Shown here: positions 41,962 to 51,592 of the stretch, piece by piece
Position numbering within the stretch: position 1 is the stretch's first letter
Layout: every line of letters begins with the position of its first letter
Source of the DNA: Gemmatimonadota bacterium
Lineage (GTDB): Bacteria > Gemmatimonadota > Gemmatimonadetes > Longimicrobiales > Gaopeijiaceae
DNA length: 51,707 bases
Direction: 5' to 3'
Assembly (NCBI GenBank): GCA_003567615.1
Contig: PWZC01000281.1
Location: 1 to 51,707, forward strand
The notes under the pieces: model-generated
The model's input: the letters and a program-made list of their open reading frames with translations, nothing else
Told to the model about the DNA's origin: nothing
Database searches by the model: none
Translations under genes and position numbers: made by a program

Positions 41962-42812
41962 GGGGGCTGGGTGGATCGACCCCGTTACGCACTCCCGACG
42001 ACGGGATCTCGTCGACCAGGGGAGAGCCCGCCGAACCGGGGTCCGTACTTCGAGTGGGAGCCGGACGTTCACCCCTGCGGGCCTATCAGGACCTGGTGGT
42101 GGGGAGCCGCTCCTGGCTCCGCCTGGTGCACTACGAAATCGCGGCGTGGGCGGCCTATTGCCCGGGGGCGCTGGGGGTGTTGCTCCGAAAGCTCCTGGTG
42201 CCCGGACTCCTGTCCGTCAGTGGCCGTGGCACGGTCTGGGGCCACGGCGTCGTGCTTCGCCACCCGGGGAAGATGCGTATCGGGAAGGGCGTCGTGGTGG
42301 ACGATCTGGCCTACTTCGACGCGAAGGGGTGTGTCGAGGGGGAATTCGAGATCGGCGACGACGTCTTCGTGAGCCGGGGTTGCATCGTGAGCGGCAAGGA
42401 CGGACCTCTGCGGCTGGGTCCCCGGGTGAACCTGGGGGAAGGTTGCACACTCTACGCCTCCACTGGTCTGGAGATCGGGGCAGACACCCTGCTCGCGGCC
42501 AAGTGCTACGTCGGCGGGGGGCGCTACGATCCCCACGGTGGCCGCGACCGACCCCTGGCTCAGCAACCCCTTCCCCGGAAGGGCGTGCGCATCGGCGCGG
42601 ACTGTTGGCTCGGAGCGGGCGTCACCGTTGTGGACGGGGTGACTGTTGGCCGGGGGGCGGTCATCGGAGCGGGGGCGGTGGTTACCGACGACATTCCCCC
42701 CTTTTGCATCGCGGCCGGGATCCCCGCGAGAAGGATTGGAACACGAGGCGAGGGTAACCAACCCGAACAAGCCGGTTCAAGCGACCGGACAGGGGAGAGC
42801 GATCATGTCTGA
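41958..42812 (+). CDS. Left-handed beta-helix (hexapeptide repeat) O-acetyltransferase with N-terminal hydrophobic segment
   Basis: Hexapeptide repeats IGKGVVVDD..., IGDDVFVSRGCIV, LGPRVNLGEGCTL, IGADCWLGAGVTVVDGVTVGRGAVIGAGAVV. Start placed at GTG 41958, overlapping the AsnB stop (GTGA). Confidence 0.82.
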   Translation: MRGLGGSTPLRTPDDGISSTRGEPAEPGSVLRVGAGRSPLRAYQDLVVGSRSWLRLVHYEIAAWAAYCPGALGVLLRKLLVPGLLSVSGRGTVWGHGVVLRHPGKMRIGKGVVVDDLAYFDAKGCVEGEFEIGDDVFVSRGCIVSGKDGPLRLGPRVNLGEGCTLYASTGLEIGADTLLAAKCYVGGGRYDPHGGRDRPLAQQPLPRKGVRIGADCWLGAGVTVVDGVTVGRGAVIGAGAVVTDDIPPFCIAAGIPARRIGTRGEGNQPEQAGSSDRTGESDHV

Positions 42813-43644
42813 AGAGGAGCGATCCGTCGATAGGGGCCTCGATCCCGGGGCCCGCGAGATGGTCGATGAGATCCGTGACTACTGGGACGCCCGGACGCTG
42901 GGAGTCCAGTACGTGAAGGACGGCTCCCTGGAGCGGGGCTCGCCGGAGTACTTTGCTCACATCCGGCCCTGGATGAACCCGTACAAGTTCCCATGGATCA
43001 TGGAGCGGATCGACAGCGAGGCCCGACGGCTCCAGGGTGGCCACCTCCTGGAGGTGGGATGCGGCATGGGCTTTGACAGCCTGGAGTTCCTGAAGAGGGG
43101 GGTGCGGGTGACCGCCACGGATCTGACCCCCGCGGCCGTGGCTACCACCCGCCGCCACTTCGAGGTGGAGGGCTTCGTGGCCGAGGAGGTCCGGGAAGCC
43201 AACGCCCTGGATCTGCCCTTTGCCGATGCCAGCTTCGATGCCGTCTGGGCCAACGGGGTACTCCACGCGACCGGCGATACGGACAGAGCGATCCAGGAGG
43301 TGCATCGGGTCCTGAAACCGGGAGGGCGGGCCATCATCTCGCACTTCTACCGCAAGCCGTCCTGGATGTACACCGTATCGCGGCTCGGGAGGGAGAACAT
43401 CGAACACTCGGACCGTGACCCACCGGTGAACGAGTTCTACACCGATGAAGAGATCCTGGCCATGTTCCGGAACTTCCGGGTCGAGGAGGTGGCACGGGAG
43501 CACCACCGGGCCCTTCCGGTGGCCAAGACCGGGGTGAAGGCGGCCCTGTACCGCTGGGGTTTCCGCCCCTTCTACAACCTGATCCCCGAGAAGATCGCCC
43601 TTCGCTTCGCCTACAAGCTTTCCGTGACAGCGGTGAAACCCTGA
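42805..43644 (+). CDS. Class I SAM-dependent methyltransferase
   Basis: LLEVGCGMGFDSLEFLKRG (motif I), FDAVWANGVLHA, LKPGGRAII. ATG 42805 overlaps the upstream stop (ATGTCTGA). Confidence 0.85.
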   Translation: MSEEERSVDRGLDPGAREMVDEIRDYWDARTLGVQYVKDGSLERGSPEYFAHIRPWMNPYKFPWIMERIDSEARRLQGGHLLEVGCGMGFDSLEFLKRGVRVTATDLTPAAVATTRRHFEVEGFVAEEVREANALDLPFADASFDAVWANGVLHATGDTDRAIQEVHRVLKPGGRAIISHFYRKPSWMYTVSRLGRENIEHSDRDPPVNEFYTDEEILAMFRNFRVEEVAREHHRALPVAKTGVKAALYRWGFRPFYNLIPEKIALRFAYKLSVTAVKP

Positions 43645-43662
43645 AACCGGAAGGACGTGACC

Positions 43663-44784
43663 ATGCGCATCGGAATCATGCTTCGGGCCCTGGAAGAGAA
43701 GGGGGGCGTCGCGGTCTACACCCGGTACATCACCGAGGAGCTGCTGCGGATTGACCATGAGAACGAATACGTGCTCTTCTACCGGAGCGATGAGAACCTG
43801 GGGCGCTACGCCCACCACCCCAGGGTGGAGGAGCACCTGCTTCCCGGGCGCTCCAAGCCCCTCTGGGATCAGGTCAGCGTGCCCCTGGCGTGCCGGCGCC
43901 ACAACATCGACGTCCTCTTCCACCCGAAATTCACCGTTCCCCTCCTTTCGCCCTGTCCCACCGTCATGACCGTCCATGGTGCCGACTGGTTCATTCCCGA
44001 GCACGCTCGATTCTACGGGAAGGTGGACGTGGCCTATATCCGGATGGTCATGCCCCGGTACTTCCGGAAGGCCGCAGCCGTCCTGTCGGTTTCACAGATC
44101 ACCACCGACAACTTCAATCGGATCCTGAACCTTCCCCCGGGAAAGGTGACGACGACCTTCCTGGCTCCGGGAAAGCACTTTGCCAGGGAGGATGACCCCG
44201 AGGTGCTGGACGCCGTCCGGGCCCGCTACAAACTTCCGGAGCGGTTCATCCTCACCCTCTCGAAGGTGGGAGGGGGTGAACGGAAGAATGCGCGTGGAGT
44301 CTTCGAGGCCTATCGGCGGGTGCACGGTAGGGTTCCGCATGCCCTCGTGGTGGGGGGGAGGGGATGTGAGGTCTTCCGTGAGGAGTACGACCTGCCGGAT
44401 GGGGGCTGGGGAGCGGACATCCACTTCCCAGGGTGGATGGACCAGGCCGACCTTCCGGCGGTCTATTCCCTCGCCGATCTCTACCTCTATCCGTCGAACC
44501 TGGAGGCGTTTCCAATCCCCGTTGCCGAGGCCATGGCGTGCGGGGTTCCCATCGTGACCTCGAAGGCGAACGGGCTGGAAGAGATCGCCGGCGAGGGCGC
44601 CCTCCTGGTGGACCCGACTGATCCGGACGAGATCGCCGAAGCCGTCGCGCAGCTTCTCACAGACGACGAGCTCCATGCTCGGACCGGCGCTGCTGGGCTT
44701 GACCGCTCGAAGCGCTACAGTTGGGAACGGTGTGCCACCGAGACGTTGGAGGTGCTGGAGCGGGTCGCTGCCGCGCCAGCGTGA
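43663..44784 (+). CDS. Family 4 (GT-B) glycosyltransferase
   Basis: MRIGIMLRALEEKGGV; E-x7-E region YPSNLEAFPIPVAEAMACGVPIVTS. ATG 43663 lies 7 nt after GGAAGGA. The track start at 43657 is a GTG two codons upstream. Confidence 0.85.
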   Translation: MRIGIMLRALEEKGGVAVYTRYITEELLRIDHENEYVLFYRSDENLGRYAHHPRVEEHLLPGRSKPLWDQVSVPLACRRHNIDVLFHPKFTVPLLSPCPTVMTVHGADWFIPEHARFYGKVDVAYIRMVMPRYFRKAAAVLSVSQITTDNFNRILNLPPGKVTTTFLAPGKHFAREDDPEVLDAVRARYKLPERFILTLSKVGGGERKNARGVFEAYRRVHGRVPHALVVGGRGCEVFREEYDLPDGGWGADIHFPGWMDQADLPAVYSLADLYLYPSNLEAFPIPVAEAMACGVPIVTSKANGLEEIAGEGALLVDPTDPDEIAEAVAQLLTDDELHARTGAAGLDRSKRYSWERCATETLEVLERVAAAPA

Positions 44785-44802
44785 GCCAGGCGTGATGCTG
44801 AG

Positions 44803-45639
44803 ATGACCGTCCCCGTGGGGTCCGTGCACCCCGACCGTGACCTGCCCGGCCACCTCGTGGTGGTGGCACCTCACATGGACGATGAACTCATCGGGTGTGG
44901 GGCCCTTCTGGCCTCCCTCGCCGACGGGGCGCGGGCATCGGTGGTGTACGTGACGGATGGATCCCGATCCCCGGAGCCTCCCGCTCCATGGCACTCCGTC
45001 GACCGGGAGGCTTTGGCGCGCACGCGGCGGCGCGAAGCACTCGCGGGCCTCGACGTCGTCGGGGTGCCGTCAGCCAATGCCCATTTTCTGGAGCTTCCCG
45101 ATGGTGAACTCAGGAAGCAGGGGGACCGACTCCAGCGCGCGCTGGGGGATGCGCTGACGAACCTGGAGCCCTGCCGGGTCATGATCCCCTTCCGTATGGA
45201 CCGGCATCCGGATCACGTTGCGGTGCATCGAGCCGTCCTCGATCTGGTGGAGAACGGAGGCCTCCATTCGGAGATCCACGAATACTTCGTGTACAGCCAG
45301 TGGAAGCTCCTCCCCGGGGGTGACATCCGGTCGTGGGTCCGGTCCACCCTGCTCCGCTCACTGGTCCCCACGGAAGAGGCCCGTTTGGCAAAGCGGCGGG
45401 CGCTGGACCTCCATCGGAGCCAGAGCAGTTGCCACTTTGACTGGCAGCGTCGTCCCAACCTGACCCCGGCGTTCCTGGACCGGGTCTCATGGGAGCCCGA
45501 GATCTTCCTGGACACCTCCAGGGCTCCGGCGGGAGCTGCGGTGTTTCCCAGGGGGAAGCTTCGCATTCGGATGACGCACCGCCTGGAGCCGGCCCTCAAG
45601 CACGCCAAGGACCGGGTCCTGGCCCTGGTCAGGGGGTGA
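44803..45639 (+). CDS. PIG-L/LmbE-family N-acetylglucosaminyl deacetylase
   Basis: LVVVAPHMDDELIGCG (P-H-x-D-D-E zinc motif), VYVTDG, HPDH. Confidence 0.85.
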   Translation: MTVPVGSVHPDRDLPGHLVVVAPHMDDELIGCGALLASLADGARASVVYVTDGSRSPEPPAPWHSVDREALARTRRREALAGLDVVGVPSANAHFLELPDGELRKQGDRLQRALGDALTNLEPCRVMIPFRMDRHPDHVAVHRAVLDLVENGGLHSEIHEYFVYSQWKLLPGGDIRSWVRSTLLRSLVPTEEARLAKRRALDLHRSQSSCHFDWQRRPNLTPAFLDRVSWEPEIFLDTSRAPAGAAVFPRGKLRIRMTHRLEPALKHAKDRVLALVRG

Positions 45640-45647
45640 TTCCGTCC

Positions 45648-47792
45648 ATGTCCGGGCCGGAACCGTTTCCCAAGGCTCCGCTGGGGAGGCCCATCCGGGT
45701 GCTTCTCATCTGCGGCCCCGCCCTGGAGCGGGGACCGGTCCGCTTCAGTGTGCTGCTGGATCGACATCCGCAGGTGGAGTTGGTGGGCGGGATCTGCGAG
45801 ACGGCGGGCCTGTCGGCGGGAAAACGGATTTCGGACCTGGTGCGCCGACGGAGGATCCTGGCTCCGGCGGTGCTGGCGGCAGGCCTCCTGACAGCGGCCC
45901 TGCGGACCGCCACCTCCCCTGTACAGGAGCTCCGGTGGCAAAGGGAGCGCCGGGCGCTGGCCCAGCGGCTGTTGATCACTCCCGACCTGCACCAACCCGA
46001 GGTACTGGAGTGGGTCCGGGACACGGACCCTGATCTGGCGCTGAGCTACGGGGGGCCGATCCTGAGACCCGAACTTTTCCGGATCCCCCGATTCGGGACG
46101 TTGGGAATCCACCACGGACGCCTCCCCGACTACCGGGGGAAGAAGACGACCTTCTGGGCCCTCCTGAACGATGAGGAACGGGCCGGAGTCACGATCCAGA
46201 AGATCACCGAGGGGCTGGACGCGGGTCCTGTGGTGAAGAGCGGCGAGGTTCTGGCCCGTGGTCGGAGCCGTGGCAGGGTCTTCCGGCAGCTCGAGGATCT
46301 GGGACTGGACCTCTACCTCCAGGCCGTCCTGGCGGTGGCCTCCGGCACGGCTCGCACCCGGCAGGTGGCAGGGCTCCCGGGACCCCTCTACCGGGATCCG
46401 GGACCGGTAGACCTCCTCCGCTATGGGGCGAAGCGGTGTCGGGAGCTGGCATCCTCCGTCCGGTCGGACCCCGGACCGACGCTGGGCGGGAGAGCTGGCC
46501 TCCTGCTGCTCACCGAGAGTTACCACCCCATGGTCGGCGGAGGGGAGACCCAGGCCCGCGCACTGGCTGCGGAGCTCTCCCGGCGAGGCGTCCCCGTGGT
46601 GGCCGCCACCCGTCGGTGGGAGCCCCATGCGCCGTCTCTGGGAGCCGTGGACGGCACCCTCGTCCACCGGCTCGCCCCCTCGGGGCAGGGACACCTCAAG
46701 AAGTGGGGACTGGTCCTGACGGTCCCCCGTGTCATTCGTCGTCACCGCGCGAGCCATCCCATCGTCTTCGTGCAGGGTTTCCGCATACTGGGCATCCCGG
46801 CCATGCTCACTCCAGGACGGCGACGGCGGCAGGTGATCCTCAAAGCCGACAGCATGGGGGAGATGTCCGGGGCATTCTTCGCTCCGGGCCTGCGCCGACT
46901 GGGGCTCTCGACCCGCTTCCTGCCCGTTCGTCTCGCCCTCCGCCTCCGCAACCGGACCCTGAGGAGGGCTGACGCCTTCGTGGCCATCTCAAGCGCGGTC
47001 GCAGATGAACTGGTCGAGTGCGGCGTGCCCCGGGAACGGATCCACCGGATTCCCAACGGGATCGATCTGCAGCGCTTCCGACCCCCACGGACCGGGGAGA
47101 AGGTGGCCGAACGTCGCTTCCTGGAACTCCCCGAGGCGGCCCGTATCGTCCTCTACACCGGGCGGCTGGTTTCGTACAAGGGACTCCCTCTCCTGCTGGA
47201 TGTCTGGAGTCGCCTGGCCGGCCGTCATCCTAGGGCCCATCTGGTGCTGGTGGGCGAAGGGGGCGCCGACATCCACAGTTGCGAGGCCGAACTACGGGCA
47301 CGGGTGGAAGGGGGTCCGGGGCGAGCTCCCATCCCCAGGGTTCACTTCGCCGGAGCCGTCCAGGAGGTGGAGCGCTTCCTGAAGGTTGCCGACATCTTCG
47401 TCTTCCCGTCGGAATCGGAGTCCTTCGGTATCTCCGTGGCGGAAGCTATGGCGGCCGGCCTGCCGGTGGTAGCAACCCGGGCGGGTGGGCTCGCCGACCT
47501 GGTGTCCGATGAATGGGGTGGCATTCCCGTTCCGGTGGGTGATGGCCAGGCGCTGGAGGAAGCGCTTCATCGTCTCCTGTCCGAGCCGGAGCTGGCGGTG
47601 GAGTTGGGCCGCAGGGGAGTCAGGACGGCACGGGCCCGCTTCGGGATGGAGGCGGTGGGGGCGGCGTACATGGACCTTCTCGCCGTGCTCATGCCGTCGT
47701 TCGGGTCGCCATCCTCCTTGAGCCGGGATGGGGGTCCCAGCCGGATCGGTGTGCCGGGCGGGTCGACCGGATCCGACTTCCGCTCATCATGA
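45648..47792 (+). CDS. Two-domain fusion: N-terminal formyltransferase-like domain (Fmt/ArnA-N type) plus C-terminal GT4 glycosyltransferase
   Basis: N-domain: IRVLLICGP..., PDLALSYGGPILRPELF, GTLGIHHGRLPDYRGKKTTFWALLNDEERAGVTIQKITEGLDAGPVV (H-x-x-L-P-x-x-R-G and x-D-x-G motifs). C-domain: LLLLTESYHPMVGGGETQ, VFPSESESFGISVAEAMAAGLPVVATRAGG. Start trimmed to ATG 45648. Confidence 0.78.
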   Translation: MSGPEPFPKAPLGRPIRVLLICGPALERGPVRFSVLLDRHPQVELVGGICETAGLSAGKRISDLVRRRRILAPAVLAAGLLTAALRTATSPVQELRWQRERRALAQRLLITPDLHQPEVLEWVRDTDPDLALSYGGPILRPELFRIPRFGTLGIHHGRLPDYRGKKTTFWALLNDEERAGVTIQKITEGLDAGPVVKSGEVLARGRSRGRVFRQLEDLGLDLYLQAVLAVASGTARTRQVAGLPGPLYRDPGPVDLLRYGAKRCRELASSVRSDPGPTLGGRAGLLLLTESYHPMVGGGETQARALAAELSRRGVPVVAATRRWEPHAPSLGAVDGTLVHRLAPSGQGHLKKWGLVLTVPRVIRRHRASHPIVFVQGFRILGIPAMLTPGRRRRQVILKADSMGEMSGAFFAPGLRRLGLSTRFLPVRLALRLRNRTLRRADAFVAISSAVADELVECGVPRERIHRIPNGIDLQRFRPPRTGEKVAERRFLELPEAARIVLYTGRLVSYKGLPLLLDVWSRLAGRHPRAHLVLVGEGGADIHSCEAELRARVEGGPGRAPIPRVHFAGAVQEVERFLKVADIFVFPSESESFGISVAEAMAAGLPVVATRAGGLADLVSDEWGGIPVPVGDGQALEEALHRLLSEPELAVELGRRGVRTARARFGMEAVGAAYMDLLAVLMPSFGSPSSLSRDGGPSRIGVPGGSTGSDFRSS

Positions 47793-48688
47793 AAGGCTCC
47801 GTGTCGTCCGAGATTTCGGTGGTGATTCCCACACTGGGTCGCCCGATCCTGGCCCGTGCCCTGCAAGGATTGGCTGACGGAACCCGCCGGCCGGCCCATG
47901 TACTGGTGGTGGATCAGGGGCGTTCGCCCCAGGTCGCCCGGATCGTCCGGAAGTTCAGAGAGACTGGCTTCCCGGTGGAGCATCGCCCCAGCGAAGGGAG
48001 AGGACGGGCGGTGGGGGTGAATGAGGGCATTCGTCAGGTGCGCACCCGGTTCGTCCTGGTTACGGATGACGACTGCATTGTCGAACCGGAGTGGGTCGAG
48101 TCCATGGCTGGTGCACTATCCCGGCATCCGGACGCTCTGGTCACCGGTCGGATCGAGGCATGGGAAGATGGACGTGTGCCTGTGGTGGTGACGGCCCGCG
48201 AGGGATTCGTGCAGCGGCGCCCTCGGCTCACCTTCGACTCCCTCTCCGGAGGCAACATGGGAGGGTCCAGAGACCTGATCGTGGCGCTGGGCGGGCTGGA
48301 CGGGGATCCCCTTTCGGCAACGGCCGAAGATGCGGAGTTTGCCTACCGGGCGCTGAGGGCCGGGGTACCCCTGGTGTATGAACCCGCCTCCGGAGTCGCT
48401 CACATCGACTGGCGTCAGGGAGAGGAGCGGAAGGCTCAGGTCCGGTCCTACGCCCGGAGCCACGGTGCCTTCTATGGCAAGTATCTCCGACGGGGCGACC
48501 TGTTCATCGGGGCGCGCTTCGCCTTGCACATGATCCGCGCCGCTCGCCGGTGGACCCAGGGGGTCGTCCGTGGCGACACCGAGCTGGCGGCCAATGGCCG
48601 GGCCTATGTGACCCGCCTTCCAGGAGGGGTCTACTGCGGATTCCGAAGCCCACGGGGCGTGGTTCGGCCCATCCAGGGAGACGAATGA
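47789..48688 (+). CDS. Family 2 glycosyltransferase
   Basis: ISVVIPTLGRP, VLVVDQG, VLVTDDD. ATGA overlap with the upstream stop. Confidence 0.85.
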   Translation: MKGSVSSEISVVIPTLGRPILARALQGLADGTRRPAHVLVVDQGRSPQVARIVRKFRETGFPVEHRPSEGRGRAVGVNEGIRQVRTRFVLVTDDDCIVEPEWVESMAGALSRHPDALVTGRIEAWEDGRVPVVVTAREGFVQRRPRLTFDSLSGGNMGGSRDLIVALGGLDGDPLSATAEDAEFAYRALRAGVPLVYEPASGVAHIDWRQGEERKAQVRSYARSHGAFYGKYLRRGDLFIGARFALHMIRAARRWTQGVVRGDTELAANGRAYVTRLPGGVYCGFRSPRGVVRPIQGDE

Positions 48689-49593
48689 GGGAGGTTGACG
48701 AAGCTCGGGTGGCTGTGCTGATCCTCACGCTGGATCAGTGGGAGAGTACCACGAGAACCCTGGAGAGCCTCGCCCAGGAGCGGGGTCCGGAAGTCGACGT
48801 GGTGGTCTGGGACAATGGCTCCACGGACGGCACAGCCGCAGTGGTTCGGGAGCGGTTTCCGTGGGTGGTGGTCCACCGCTCCCAGCGTAACCTGGGGGTG
48901 GCCGGTGGCCGCAACGCCGCTGCCCGGTTTGCTCGACAGCAGTTCGGATCGACCCACTTTCTCTTCCTGGACAACGACATGGTCGTCACCCCGGGATTCG
49001 TCGAAGGCCTCCTGGCACCATTCCGGGAAGATCCCGGTCTGGGGCAGACCCAGGCCAAGCTTCGTTTCATCGCCGAGCCCGACGTCCTGAATGACGGGGG
49101 CGGGTTTCGCGTGACGTGGTGGCTCGCCCGGACCGAGCCCTTGGGATTTCGCGAGCCCGACCGCGGGCAGCGAGATCAGGTCAAGCCCTGCCTCCCCTGT
49201 GGCGGTGCCACCATGGTGCGTGCCGATCTCTTCTTCGAGCTGGGAGGGTTCGACGAAGTGTTCAACCCCTTCGGCCCGGAAGATCTGGATTTTTCGTTGA
49301 GGATGAAGCAGGCGGGGCACCGGGCGCTCTACATTCCCCAGGCCATGGCGTACCATGCGGTCACGTCCACCTTTGAAGGGGGGCGGTACACCGAGAATTA
49401 TGCCCGACACAAGGCCCGAAACTGGCTCACGCTCATGAGGCGCCATGCCCCGCTGCATCAGCGGGTCGCCTTCTACCTGCTTGGAGCCCCCTACCTGATG
49501 ATGCGAATGCTCTTCCGTCAGGGGCCTCGGCAGGGAATCTCGGCCCTTCGTGGTTGGTTTGCCGGTTCACTCAAGTCCGGCTCCCCGAACTAG
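48685..49593 (+). CDS. Family 2 glycosyltransferase
   Basis: VAVLILTLDQWE, VVVWDNGSTDGT, LFLDNDMVV, CGGATMVR. Start trimmed to ATG 48685 (ATGA overlap). Confidence 0.85.
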   Translation: MREVDEARVAVLILTLDQWESTTRTLESLAQERGPEVDVVVWDNGSTDGTAAVVRERFPWVVVHRSQRNLGVAGGRNAAARFARQQFGSTHFLFLDNDMVVTPGFVEGLLAPFREDPGLGQTQAKLRFIAEPDVLNDGGGFRVTWWLARTEPLGFREPDRGQRDQVKPCLPCGGATMVRADLFFELGGFDEVFNPFGPEDLDFSLRMKQAGHRALYIPQAMAYHAVTSTFEGGRYTENYARHKARNWLTLMRRHAPLHQRVAFYLLGAPYLMMRMLFRQGPRQGISALRGWFAGSLKSGSPN

Positions 49594-49604
49594 GGTATCC
49601 CAGC

Positions 49605-50633
49605 ATGTCCGCTGCGCGCCTGGAAGTTTCAGCGATCCTCCTCACCTACAACTGTGTCGACTTCGCGGCCGCAGCCCTCGAAAGCGTTCTCTCCCAGGAC
49701 TGCGAACCCATGGAGATCCTCGTCTCCGACGACGCGTCGTCGGACGGCACCTTCGAGGTCATCCGGAGAGAGGTGGAAAACTATTCCGGATCCCACCGGG
49801 TGAGGGTTCGTCGACGAGGGTCCACCTCCGGGAGCAAGAGCGCTCACCTGAACGAGGTCATCCCCATGACTTCAGGCCATGTCCTGGTCTCGTTCGATGG
49901 TGACGACGTGTCGGTGCCCGGCAGGGTCCGAACCCTTACCGATGCATTTCTTCGGAATCCTGAGGTCCAGGCGGTCTATTCGGGGTACAGCCTGATTGAC
50001 GAGAAGGGCCGCCATCGGGGTTCCGGGCGGGTGCCCCATCCCGACCCTGGGTCGACCCCGGCCCGTTGGTTCGCCAGGGTGGATGCCTTTGCCGCAGGAG
50101 CGACCCTGGCGTTACGGCGGGAGGTCGTGGACGTGTTCGGCCCCCTGGACCCTCGCATTCACGAGGACGTGGTCCTTCCCTTCCGGGCCAGTCTAATGGG
50201 GGACGTGTCCTTCATCGACGAGGATCTGGTGAAGGTACGTCGCTGGGGCGGGAGCCTCACGGCCGACCGGGCGCGCTTCCAATCCCTGGCCGGCTATCGA
50301 ACATGGATGCTGACGGGTATCGACAAGGCCCGAAGGCAGTTCCGGAGTCGCCTCGCGGACTTCGACACGGCGGAGCGCCTCATGCTCCCCCGTGCCCCCG
50401 ACTTGGAGGGACTCCGGAAGGTTGCCCGCGATTCCCTTGCCGAAGCCGAGGCCAGCGCCGGGCTCGTGGACCCGTCTCCATGGACGCGGTGGCGGTGCTT
50501 TCTGCGCTTGTGGAGGTCGGGCAGTTCCGCGTACGAGATTCTGCAGAACGCAGCCCTGGCGTTCTTCCCCCGACTCTACCTCTTCTACAAGCGGAAGACT
50601 CTGGGTACGGGAAGCGAACCAGGCCCACTTTAG
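49605..50633 (+). CDS. Family 2 glycosyltransferase
   Basis: VSAILLTYNCVDF, ILVSDDASSDGT, VSFDGDDV. Start trimmed to ATG 49605. Confidence 0.85.
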   Translation: MSAARLEVSAILLTYNCVDFAAAALESVLSQDCEPMEILVSDDASSDGTFEVIRREVENYSGSHRVRVRRRGSTSGSKSAHLNEVIPMTSGHVLVSFDGDDVSVPGRVRTLTDAFLRNPEVQAVYSGYSLIDEKGRHRGSGRVPHPDPGSTPARWFARVDAFAAGATLALRREVVDVFGPLDPRIHEDVVLPFRASLMGDVSFIDEDLVKVRRWGGSLTADRARFQSLAGYRTWMLTGIDKARRQFRSRLADFDTAERLMLPRAPDLEGLRKVARDSLAEAEASAGLVDPSPWTRWRCFLRLWRSGSSAYEILQNAALAFFPRLYLFYKRKTLGTGSEPGPL

Positions 50634-50637
50634 CCGC

Positions 50638-51585
50638 ATGGCACCGGTGGGATACAACATCCGTCTCCAAGGAGGGCTCGCCATGAGGGGGTCGAAGGAA
50701 CATATCCACAAGACCATGGACCGGGACGACCTGCTCCAACCGGAGGGAGCGGCGTTGGTCCGGCGGCTCGACAATCTGGCCCGGGAAATGGAAGCTCGCC
50801 GGCTTCCTGTCACGTCCTGGTATGGAGGCCTTCCGCATCGTGGCTTCGAACTGTCTGCGGGAGGTCTTCGGGCCCTGGGCAGACGGGTGCTGGGCCGGGA
50901 CCGTCGGGTTGGGGCCACTGCGGAGGTAAACCGGGGGGGGCTCTCCTACGAGCCGGTGCCGGGGATCACCGACGATAGGCGACACCCATGGTTCCTCTAC
51001 TGGGAGGCCTTCTGGGCAACCACCCGCGGGCCCCGGATCCGCACCTCCTCCCGGGTCCTGGACGCCGGGGGTACGGCGTCGCTGTTCAGCAGCTATCTGG
51101 CCTCGCTGGGAGCCGAGACCCACTCCATCGACCTGAACGAACGGCTGGTGGCCGCCGGGGACGAAACAACAAAAGCCATGGGATGGAACATGCAATCGTA
51201 TTGCATGGACATGACCGACCTCCGGTTCGAAGACGAATGGTTCGATCACGCCTACTCCATCTGCGTGTTCGAGCACCTCGATGCCGGACTTCGACGCCGG
51301 GCACTCCAGGAGATCGGGAGGGTCCTCAAACCCGGGGGCGTGCTGTCCATCACCTTCGACTACGGGGCGCCCGGGGTATACCTGGCGGGCTCGGGTGTCG
51401 ACACCCGACCGGAGAACCTGATTCGGACCCCGGAGGACGTCGCACGCCATTTCTGGTCCTGTGACGAGTTCGAACCGGTGGGCGGCGCCCATTTCATGGA
51501 CAATGGAAAACGTTATCTGGCCTGGCCCGATGACCCGAGCCTGCGATATACGTTCGGTGCCGTGTTCCTTCGAAAGAAAGGGTGA
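50638..51585 (+). CDS. Class I SAM-dependent methyltransferase
   Basis: VLDAGGTASLFSSYLASLG (motif I), FDHAYSICVFEHL, LKPGGVLSITFDY. Start trimmed to ATG 50638, just after the upstream stop. Confidence 0.78.
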   Translation: MAPVGYNIRLQGGLAMRGSKEHIHKTMDRDDLLQPEGAALVRRLDNLAREMEARRLPVTSWYGGLPHRGFELSAGGLRALGRRVLGRDRRVGATAEVNRGGLSYEPVPGITDDRRHPWFLYWEAFWATTRGPRIRTSSRVLDAGGTASLFSSYLASLGAETHSIDLNERLVAAGDETTKAMGWNMQSYCMDMTDLRFEDEWFDHAYSICVFEHLDAGLRRRALQEIGRVLKPGGVLSITFDYGAPGVYLAGSGVDTRPENLIRTPEDVARHFWSCDEFEPVGGAHFMDNGKRYLAWPDDPSLRYTFGAVFLRKKG

Positions 51586-51592
51586 ACCCCCC

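Noticed and set aside
23050-51492. Other long antisense ORFs (23050-24297, 39607-41523, 42682-44004, 45213-46757, 50380-51492 and many shorter ones)
   Set aside because: Same reasoning. Each overlaps a sense gene that has clear catalytic motifs, and none has a motif of its own. High GC suppresses stop codons in the antisense frames.
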